This document shows, in pieces, positions 1-7,346 of a DNA stretch of 14,754 bases (position 1 is its first letter; the number at the start of each line of letters is the position of its first letter). Source of the stretch: Oculatellaceae cyanobacterium bins.114 (GTDB lineage: Bacteria; Cyanobacteriota; Cyanobacteriia; Elainellales; Elainellaceae). Below the pieces are notes generated by a model. It did no database searches. It saw nothing but the letters and a program-made list of their open reading frames with translations, and was not told where the DNA came from. A program made the position numbers and the translations under genes. The stretch lies in the NCBI GenBank assembly GCA_033764315.1, contig JANRJA010000001.1, positions 1-14,754 of the forward strand, written 5' to 3'.

Positions 1-140
1 AGAGGCAGGAGCACAAAGCTTTGGTCGGATTCGGGGCTATCTTTCCACTCTTAAAAAGCAGGGGCATCCTCTACTTGATGCCCTAGAACAGCTATTCCTG
101 GGACATCCCATTCCCCTAATTCTTCAGCCTGAGTAGTTAC
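1..140 (+). mobile_element. IS66-family insertion sequence, right end (truncated by window start)
   Basis: Transposase C-terminus runs into the end CCTGAGTAGTTAC (128-140; reverse complement GTAACTACTCAGG), matching the GTAA terminus typical of IS66. Rhs coding sequence starts abruptly at 141. Confidence 0.85.
2..136 (+). CDS. IS66-family transposase, C-terminal fragment
   Basis: Manual translation EAGAQSFGRIRGYLSTLKKQGHPLLDALEQLFLGHPIPLILQPE*; GAxxFxRIRGYLSTLxKQG is the characteristic IS66 transposase C-terminal motif. Confidence 0.85.
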   Translation, partial: EAGAQSFGRIRGYLSTLKKQGHPLLDALEQLFLGHPIPLILQPE

Positions 141-1397
141 GCAACGGGTACAGAGCAGACCGCCTACACCTGGAATGATGAGAATCGCTTGGTTGGGGTG
201 CAGACTGCGGCTGGAGATGTACTTTCTTACGTCTACAACTCGGAGGGTATCCGCACCAGTTCAACGACCAATAGAGCGACGACCGAGTACTTGGTTGATG
301 CCAATCGGGACTATGCTCAAGTTTTGGAGGAGCGAGTCAACGGAAATCTGATCGTCAGTTATATTTATGGGCGGGATCTGATTTCTCAGGAGCGGAGCAA
401 TGTCACATCGTTCTACTTAGTCGATGGGTTGGGGAGTACTACTGCACTAACAGATGTAAGTGGTAATATTACCGATACCTATACTTATGATGCCTACGGA
501 AGAGCGGTTAGTGAAACGGGTAGTACCCAGAATAGCTACCAGTTTGCTGGAGAGCAGTTTGATGAGAATCTAGATGAATATTACTTGAGGGATCGATACT
601 ACAACACAAATGTTGGAAGATTTACTAGAAGGGACTCTTATCCAGGTCATATCTCGAATCCATTAACACTTCACAAATATGTTTATGGGAATATCAACCC
701 TGTTAATCAAATTGATCCGAGTGGTTTAAGTTCCATAACTGCAAGTGAAAGCTCTTGCACGAATTTAATGCTCAATATACTTAACAATATTGGAGCAAGT
801 ATCTCTACTGTAGCTAATCCAACATCCATACAGTTAGCTAAAGCTTGGGGGATTCTATTAGCCGCTGGGATTGGAACAATCTCTTTTCTTGTTCTTAAGG
901 AGATGCAGAGTGATGGAGCAATTGAGTATAAGATTTTACCTGATGCAGAACCTGAACCACAACGTAGAAGAGAGCCAACATCTCCTACTACCTTCCAGGA
1001 TATGAATCAAATGCGGGTACAGGCTCAGGACGCTCCTGGCAATACTTTGGGAGTTCCTATGTACAATGTGCCTGAAGTAGGAGTTACCCTCAGCCAAGTT
1101 TACCAAGGTGTTGGAATACTTTGGCAACAAAGAGATGCGATAAGTGGATGGCTTCCACGGAGTTATGATACAGCTTTTATTAAAGGTATGGCTTATGTAA
1201 CTCAAGCAGCACAAGATATTCAAGAAAATGGTGGCACTTCCGGTCGCGGTGGTGAACAACTGGCAACATACCAATGGGATAGAAATGATGAAAAAGGTAA
1301 TAGAGCAAAAGCTGCTCGTGGCAGTCTTCGGTTTGGAGACAGAAAATACTACAGAATTGATTTTGAAAATCTTCGAGGTCGTAATCTTATCTCTTAA
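141..1397 (+). pseudogene. Rhs/YD-repeat polymorphic toxin, 3' part (Rhs core plus C-terminal tip CT1), cut at its 5' side by IS66
   Basis: Reading frame continues upstream of the ORF-track TTG (189) as ATGTEQTAYTWNDENRLVGV, which is YD-repeat sequence, up to the IS end. Rhs core motifs DGLGST, YTYDAYG, FAGEQFD, YYLRDRYYNxxxGRFTRRD, YVYGNINPVNQIDPSG (DPSG at 714-725), followed by a ~222-aa variable tip. Confidence 0.9.
476..605 (+). repeat. Rhs-core homology block, copy A (inside main Rhs gene), starting with TACCTATACTTATGA
   Basis: By manual alignment ~90% identical to 4374-4472 (minus; 10 mismatches in 99 nt) and to 5521-5647 (plus; 13 mismatches in 127 nt, last 36 nt identical). Confidence 0.95.
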
Positions 1398-1490
1398 GTA
1401 GCTAAGTAGATAATTGAACAGTTCTGCACAATTTGCTTGCATAAGCTTCTAAGAAGAAAAGCTTAATTATTAGAGGTTTGAGTAGCAATG

Positions 1491-1622
1491 GATGCTGTTG
1501 GCGAACGTACTACGCGTAAGATTACGCAAATACGACAGGCTCTGAAATGCTTGCTATCTCATTGCTTATAAAGCTTGTAACACACCTGTAGAAGCATTTG
1601 TAACACTTTCGCCAACAGCATC
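1491..1622. mobile_element. 132-bp MITE with 15-bp perfect terminal inverted repeats and 7-bp target-site duplication
   Basis: GATGCTGTTGGCGAA (1491-1505) / TTCGCCAACAGCATC (1608-1622); flanking direct repeat AGCAATG at 1484-1490 and 1623-1629; no coding capacity. Confidence 0.9.
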
Positions 1623-1764
1623 AGCAATGGAACAGAAAGTTACGCTAAGAGGTGTACCAGTTAAACTTGCCAAGAATTAGAAATCTATAATCTATTGGTG
1701 TTTCAGCATCAACACGAGTTTCTATCCTGTTACTACTCAAACCTCTATTACTAGAATCTTAGAT

Positions 1765-2553
1765 ATGTCCAAACAAAAACTATTAACTGAAATAACGGTT
1801 GAGCAAGAAGATTTAATACCTGTATATTGTAAAAAATGGCTATTGTCTCAAAATCTGACGGAAGTTGTAAACTATTCAGAAGTCATTGAATTAGTTCAGC
1901 TACTTTATAAAGTGAACAACTATCTGGAACCTGAGATACTATTTTATAGTAGTCCGTTTCAAGCGATTGAATCAGTAAAACAAGATAAAAATCTTCAAAG
2001 TCGTTTAGGTCAAAGCATTCAAAATAAAATTTCCAGAAGAACACTTCACCATCTTCAAGACATAATCAAACAACAAATGAGTAGGGAAATTTTTGTTAGG
2101 ATACGAAATCAGACTTTGTTTTCATTGGTTCCATACGACGTTGAACATCTTAAAAATATACCTAATTACTTTCCATATACAATATTAGAGTGCTTAAGAA
2201 GTCAGCTAGTTATAGATCTTGAAAAAAAAGATTCTCGACAAGATTCAATCAGCCTCGATCAACTTATAAATTGTCTAATCAGACCATCAGAGTGGGCGAA
2301 TTGGGGATGTACGATAGATTTTTGTATTTCAGTTCTGCAGCTGAGTTACGATGTTCAGAAATGGCAGATCCTTAGGAATTTAATTTGTCAAACTGGCTTT
2401 TTAATTCCATGCGAAAAAGTTTGTATTCTTTGTGAAAGACCAAGTAAAATTTCTTTTGATGAGAAGAACTTTCTTCATGCTGAAGGGCAACCCGCTCTTC
2501 TATTTAGAGATGATTACAGAGTTTACGCTCATCACGGTAAACACCCTTCTTGA
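1765..2553 (+). CDS. DUF6745-like protein; candidate immunity protein for CT1
   Basis: N-terminal ITVEQEDLIPVYCKKW and C-terminal CILCERPSKISFDEKNFLHAEGQPALLFRDDYRVYAHHG resemble cyanobacterial DUF6745 proteins. It is the first gene downstream of the Rhs tip on the same strand. The immunity role is inferred from position only. Confidence 0.7.
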   Translation: MSKQKLLTEITVEQEDLIPVYCKKWLLSQNLTEVVNYSEVIELVQLLYKVNNYLEPEILFYSSPFQAIESVKQDKNLQSRLGQSIQNKISRRTLHHLQDIIKQQMSREIFVRIRNQTLFSLVPYDVEHLKNIPNYFPYTILECLRSQLVIDLEKKDSRQDSISLDQLINCLIRPSEWANWGCTIDFCISVLQLSYDVQKWQILRNLICQTGFLIPCEKVCILCERPSKISFDEKNFLHAEGQPALLFRDDYRVYAHHGKHPS

Positions 2554-2648
2554 GGAACCTAGTGCAATCGCTAATGCAGTAGCTCAGTGGTGAATTACAA
2601 GACCTGCGATTGCCCTAATACTGCGTGTACAAGTGGAATTATCATGAG

Positions 2649-3536
2649 TTACTGCCTGCGCCGACTTGTCTTCTTCGCCCGCTTCAGCAACGCTTTTGCC
2701 TGTTTGCTAGAAGGACCATCAGGAGCATAGTCCTCAAACAAGTCCTCCATCTCACCCCCAGCAATAGCTTGATAACTCATCGAAATCACCCACCACAAAG
2801 GCATCCCTAGCGCGATCGCTAATGCTTGGTGCCTTACAACGGAGTCTTGGAATCCATCGAGTGCTAACAGTTCCTCGTAGTTCGGAAATGGCGTGAAGCC
2901 AATGTAATTGCTATAGCTGTGAGGTTTACGCAAAATCACCTCAACTTCATCTGCCTTCTCCGGTTTACCGAAAGCAGCAGAGAGTTTTTGAGCATCTCCA
3001 CCTTTAATGTCTACTCCTGTTTCGCTCAAGATGGGTTGTCCAGGTTGCCAATCTTGCTCTGCGTAGGTTGTGTATTCATCAACCATGACTCCATCCTGTG
3101 AGAGGTGATACCAGAACTGGGAGTCATCTCGCAAATAAACTGCTAACGCTGGACAGGAGAATTGAGCAGAAAGATGAGTTGCCCAACACACCAAATTTCC
3201 CTCAATCGTCCCGTGATACTGCTCCAAAATCTCATGCGATCGCACTCCTAAACCTCGGATTTTATTCTGCCCCTCCTGAGAATGAGAAAGGGCAAATCTT
3301 ACATGCGCTAGTACCTCATCATGATGTGTCTCGGGAACTCCTATCAAGGCACTTCTCTCATAAGCTTTGCGTAACTTGTCAGAAATGGAAACGCTTTCAA
3401 AACTGTCATCATAAATTACCGTAAAGCCATTTTCTGTAGGAGAAATATAGCTGTTCTGTTTGATAGACGACAGATAGTCTAGAACATCCTTCTGACTGAG
3501 ACCATACAAAGTGAGATTGGTGTATCGAATTCCCAT
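2649..3536 (-). CDS. Hypothetical protein; candidate immunity protein for the orphan tip CT2
   Basis: 295-aa ORF with ATG start and GAGG upstream, 56 nt downstream of the CT2 stop on the same strand. No family recognised. Confidence 0.7.
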   Translation of the reverse strand: MGIRYTNLTLYGLSQKDVLDYLSSIKQNSYISPTENGFTVIYDDSFESVSISDKLRKAYERSALIGVPETHHDEVLAHVRFALSHSQEGQNKIRGLGVRSHEILEQYHGTIEGNLVCWATHLSAQFSCPALAVYLRDDSQFWYHLSQDGVMVDEYTTYAEQDWQPGQPILSETGVDIKGGDAQKLSAAFGKPEKADEVEVILRKPHSYSNYIGFTPFPNYEELLALDGFQDSVVRHQALAIALGMPLWWVISMSYQAIAGGEMEDLFEDYAPDGPSSKQAKALLKRAKKTSRRRQ

Positions 3537-3592
3537 ATATCCTCTGAAAGCTATTTTGACGGATGTTAGTTTTGGACTGAAGAAGCCGTTTT

Positions 3593-4471
3593 CTAGGTCA
3601 GCAAAGCTGCTGCTGGGGATCTAGAGTTTCGAGCAAGAGCAGCCGAAACCTTGACCATCAACTCCTCGATTGCATGAGCGACGAGCGTGGCACTGGCCCG
3701 GATAACAGTAAAGGCAAGGCGTGTATTAATAAGGTCGTACACAATAATTCCCGGCGAGTGATTTCTAACCACAGCAAAATTCGTGCTACCAGGAATAGGG
3801 ACGATTGGTAGAGGAGTATAGCTAGTACCTCGTCCCCAGTTTGTAAGTCCTACATTAGACGAATGCAACTCGTGTTGAGCTTGAGTGAGTTTGTTCTGTG
3901 CGCTTATAATCTGGCTTGATTTGTTTGGTTTGATTTCATATAGTTCATAAATGTCGAAGTCAGCTAGGTCAGGGATTTGACGATTAATGGCTCGTGCCCC
4001 TGGATGTTGTGGATTACCTGTAGCTGTGCGTATTACCCTTAAATAGGTTGGTCTATTAGCTCCACGACTGAATGGTGGACGAGGATCAAAAACACGGGAG
4101 TACCGAAATATTCCTCTTGGATCGCTTAGGGGATTAGTTCTATTGAAAATACCAGCTTGCCCAAGAAAGTGCCATCCAACTATGTTATGAACCATGTTCC
4201 CTTCATTAAGCACACTCAAGTACCCACTGAAATCAACATAACGTACTGGATTTGAGTTGGCGTAGATGTATTTGTTAAGAGTTAAAGGGTCAGTAGGTCT
4301 ACCTTCCCAATCATCTCTTCTAGTAAATCTGCCAGATTCTGAATTGTAGAATCTGGCACGTAGATAGTACTGGTCTAAATTCTCATCAAACTGCTCTCCG
4401 ACAAATTGATAGCTATTCTGGGTACTACCCGTCCCACTAACAGCTCTTCCGTAGGAGTCATAAGTATAGGT
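3593..4471 (-). pseudogene. Orphan (start-less) Rhs core plus C-terminal tip CT2, PD-(D/E)xK restriction-endonuclease-like toxin
   Basis: Frame is open upstream of the ORF-track start (4219): TYTYDSYGRAVSGTGSTQNSYQFVGEQFDENLDQYYLRARFYNSESGRFTRRDDWEGRPTDPLTLNKYIYANSNPVRYVDFSG. An in-frame TGA lies at 4481-4483 and there is no start codon before the DxxG motif. The tip contains GxxVHxxV and PDLAD...ELYEIKP (3929-3973). Confidence 0.85.
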
Positions 4472-4472
4472 A
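4374..4472 (-). repeat. Rhs-core homology block, copy B (inverted), starting with TACCTATACTTATGA
   Basis: Reverse complement aligns to 476-574 at ~90% identity; similarity stops abruptly upstream of TACCTATAC. Confidence 0.95.
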
Positions 4473-4632
4473 CGGAGCTTTCAGAACACTAAAGATCTCA
4501 GCGACCTACCTGCCTTCTATAGTTGAAATGTCACCCACTGCAACATACGACCCTTTTAGATGAGGATGCGATCGCCTTTCTTCAATAGCAGCGATATGCT
4601 GGAGAAGTACATTGAGGGATTAGTGCTAAACC

Positions 4633-5379
4633 ATGACCATCGATGCAACTCAACAATCCCAAACAGTCGCATCCGGCTGGATACCGCCTGAACCACCAAC
4701 GGACTTAATTTTTGATGACGGAGAACCTTTGGAGACTAACCGCCACCGCATTGCGATGAATGTCCTGATTCGTTCACTGCAACAAGCCATGAGCGATCGC
4801 AAAGACTTTTTTGTGGGTGGCAATATGTTTGTCTACTACAGCCGCAATCAGACCATGAACCGTGACTTTCGTGGTCCTGATTTCTTCGTTGTGCTTGATG
4901 TTGATGGTGAACGCGAACGTCAAGGCTGGGTCGTGTGGGAGGAGCAGGGACGCTACCCTGATGTCATTATTGAACTGCTCTCGATCAGCACTGCTACAAC
5001 CGATCGGGGAGTGAAGAAGGATCTCTATGAACGGGTCTTTAGAACCCCCGATTACTTTATTTTTGACCCATTCGACCCCCAATCTTTAGAGGGTTGGCAT
5101 TTGGAACTGGGACGAGGCTACCAACCATTAACGCCAAACGAACAGGGCCGGTTGTGGTGTGAATCCTTACAGCTTTGGATGGGAACATGGCAGGGAGCCA
5201 TTGACCGAGAGCCACCAACAGGTAGTTGTGATTGGTTGCGCTTCTATAGTCCAAAAGGTAACTTAGTTTTATTACCAGAAGAAGCTGCTCAGCAACGAGC
5301 AGAGCAGGCTGAACAACGGCTCACCGCATTGATGGAACGCCTACAGCAGCAAGGTATTGATCCGGGCGAACTACAGTAA
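4633..5379 (+). CDS. Uma2-family (DUF820) putative restriction-endonuclease-fold protein
   Basis: Motifs DDGEPLETNRHRIAMN, FVGGNMFVYY, GPDFFVV, WVVWEEQGRYPDVIIELLS, DRGVKKDLY, YFIFDP, WLRFY and a coiled-coil tail (AQQRAEQAEQR...QQGIDP), typical of the cyanobacterial Uma2 expansion. Confidence 0.95.
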   Translation: MTIDATQQSQTVASGWIPPEPPTDLIFDDGEPLETNRHRIAMNVLIRSLQQAMSDRKDFFVGGNMFVYYSRNQTMNRDFRGPDFFVVLDVDGERERQGWVVWEEQGRYPDVIIELLSISTATTDRGVKKDLYERVFRTPDYFIFDPFDPQSLEGWHLELGRGYQPLTPNEQGRLWCESLQLWMGTWQGAIDREPPTGSCDWLRFYSPKGNLVLLPEEAAQQRAEQAEQRLTALMERLQQQGIDPGELQ

Positions 5380-5512
5380 CACATGAGCCGCATCCCTATT
5401 ACCAAAACTCTAAAGATGAAATTTGGAATCGGTAGAAATCTTGCTTGAGCGATCGCCTCTTTTATACGCAAATCCTACCAGATTCACGGACTAAAGTTTT
5501 ACTGTACGAATA

Positions 5513-5647
5513 CGTCATAGCTATACTTATGACGCCTACGGAAGAGCAGTTAGTGGAACGGGTAGCACTGAGAATAGCTATCGTTTTACTGGAGAGCAGT
5601 TTGATGAAGAGCTAGATGAATATTACTTGAGGGATCGATACTACAAC
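5513..5647 (+). repeat. Rhs-core homology block, copy C, starting within a 7-8-7 palindrome CGTCATA-GCTATACT-TATGACG
   Basis: 5521-5647 aligns to 479-605 at ~90% identity; the inverted arms are 5513-5519 and 5528-5534. Confidence 0.93.
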
Positions 5648-6433
5648 GCGGAGACTGGACGTTTCACAAGAAGGGATGTGTTTGATGGTAATTTGGCAGA
5701 GCCATTATCTCTACAGAAATACATCTACGTTCATGCAAATCCGGTAAATGCGACTGATCCTACCGGAATGTATCAAGAAACAAGTCTGACGGGAGAAACG
5801 CTGCGTCGTATTTGGGAAGCAGATTTGAGAGCTACCCAGTTTGAGAAGGCTGTTAGTGTTATGGGACTGGTTGCACGAGTTGCCGTACAAGCTGCTGAGG
5901 TTGTTGCTCGAGGCTATATTTATGCTCAACAGATCCCTAGCGCAGTGGTGAGATTCCTTGGGATTCCAGCCATTGTTTGGGGACTAGATTTGCCTTATAC
6001 AACTATCCATATTTTGCGTGCCCAAACAGGCTCAGGTTATACAAGTCACAATCAAAAAGGGGAACTGTTTGGTGCGATGCCTCTTCCTTTGCTACTCAGT
6101 CATGGAGGAAATAATGAACGAGGATGGTACAATTCCCAATGCCCCTGTCAAGGAAGACCCAGTGGTTATTGGTGTGATGAGTACCCTTACAATGCAACGT
6201 GGCAGGGTGGTAAGAAGAATTATGATGCTGGACTTGTTTCTATTCAACCAGTACCAGCTAGAGAGCAAAGGGGAACTGGAAGTCAAGCGGCAAGACTATC
6301 GAGCTTTTATGCTGGAGCTATGGTTCCGCGTGGACAAACAACCAATCCTTTAACTTGGTTCATCACTTTTGCTAATCCTGCAACTCCAACAACTTACTGG
6401 ATCGATCGGCAAGGAAATCGTCAGTCTTTCTAA
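5522..6433 (+). pseudogene. Orphan (start-less) Rhs core plus C-terminal tip CT3, NucA/NucB-type DNase toxin
   Basis: Frame reads YTYDAYGRAVSGTGSTENSYRFTGEQFDEELDEYYLRDRYYN upstream of the ORF-track TTG (5627); in-frame TAA at 5492-5494; NPVNATDPTG (DPTG 5756-5767). The tip has CDEYPYNATWQGG...VSIQPV...EQ...Q...LSSFY, matching the NucA/NucB DEYPxASTxQGG signature. Confidence 0.87.
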
Positions 6434-6458
6434 GAAACTCTTAATTAATTTATGCCTT

Positions 6459-7034
6459 ATGTCAGTTCTACTAGAAACCCTAGAACGAATAATGGGTTGG
6501 TTGCAGCAACATACTCCCACACATGCCGCATCGTTTAGACCTGGGCTTAGATACAACGAAATCTTAGAAGCAGTTGGGTCTCTTCATGCAGAACTACCGA
6601 GTGAATTTTTTGAACTTTATCAATGGCGAAATGGAAGTGAAGATGAACAACACACCCTTTTCTATCCCATAATGCAGTTTTCACCTATTGATGCTGCACT
6701 GATGGATAGTGAATGGATTAGTGAGGATCGTTCAGTTGAGGAAGGGGGATTTAAGTATCAAGGCTACCGTCTTTTCCCATTCATGTGTTTTGAGGGGGAT
6801 TATTATGCAGTCGTATTAAATAGCGTAAGGCAACCCACTTCACCAGTTATTTGGATTCCTAAAGCTGACAATCAGGTAATTCCTTGCTACACAAGTATTA
6901 CAAGCATGATGCTAACCTTTGCGGAGTGTTATGAAACAGGAGCTTACTATTTGAATGAACAGGGTTATCTTGAACAGAATATCCAGGAAGTAGCACAAAC
7001 TTCTCGTAAGTATAATCCTGAAATTGCTAATTAA
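6459..7034 (+). CDS. SMI1/KNR4 (SUKH) family immunity protein for CT3
   Basis: Likely start is the ATG at 6459 (MSVLLETLERIMGWLQQH...). RPGL...EI...LPSEFFELYQWRNG and YTSITSMMLTFAECYETGAY are typical SUKH features. It begins 25 nt after the CT3 stop. Confidence 0.88.
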   Translation: MSVLLETLERIMGWLQQHTPTHAASFRPGLRYNEILEAVGSLHAELPSEFFELYQWRNGSEDEQHTLFYPIMQFSPIDAALMDSEWISEDRSVEEGGFKYQGYRLFPFMCFEGDYYAVVLNSVRQPTSPVIWIPKADNQVIPCYTSITSMMLTFAECYETGAYYLNEQGYLEQNIQEVAQTSRKYNPEIAN

Positions 7035-7275
7035 TTTGACACTTCTCAGATTGCTCTAGGAATTGATAGAGAACGGCGGTCGCAGTTCTTGTGATTCTCT
7101 GGTTGTTCACTAATGCAAGTGACACTCCTCATTATCAGATCACGTTAACAACAGCGTAACACCTCAAAGATGTCTGAAAGGCGATCGCCCCCAAACTAAG
7201 CCTCATCGTCGTCTATCACAGACTGTGAAGCAAGCGTTATCTCCGCAGCTGAACTCTCTAGTGCGATCGCCCTTG

Positions 7276-7304
7276 GTAGGTTGGGTTGACGGAGGAAACC
7301 CAAC
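7276..7304 (+). repeat. REP-like hairpin GTAG-GTTGGGTT-N9-AACCCAAC
   Basis: GTAG tetranucleotide followed by an 8-bp stem, ~40 nt from the 3' end of a RAYT remnant; related copies at 9686-9749, 11578-11643 and 11787-11814. Confidence 0.8.
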
Positions 7305-7346
7305 ATTCGCCTATCTCTTATTCATGACTCATATCCAACTTCCTCC

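Noticed and set aside
189..191. TTG at 189 as the start of a complete 402-aa gene
   Set aside because: YD-repeat sequence continues in frame upstream to the IS66 end at 140, so this is an internal Leu codon.
1400..1412. AGCTAAGTAGATA identical to 11552-11564, considered as a cassette-end signal
   Set aside because: It is not found after the other tips; more likely an isolated end of a dispersed repeat or chance.
936..1442. 168-aa minus-strand ORF
   Set aside because: Antisense shadow of the Rhs tip with no recognisable motifs.
2625..3424. Short plus-strand ORFs (61, 60 and 108 aa)
   Set aside because: They overlap the 295-aa minus-strand gene and show no protein-like features.
4774..5471. 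Minus-strand ORFs of 102, 65 and 60 aa
   Set aside because: Antisense to the well-supported Uma2 gene.
476..5647. Diversity-generating retroelement template/variable repeat explanation for the ~100-130 bp repeats
   Set aside because: Mismatches are not confined to adenines of one copy, the repeats encode conserved Rhs core rather than a variable C-terminus, and no reverse transcriptase is present.
5711..6556. Alternative-frame and antisense ORFs within CT3, and the TTG start at 6369 for the SUKH gene
   Set aside because: They overlap the motif-supported toxin frame; SUKH-like sequence begins at ATG 6459, after the toxin stop.
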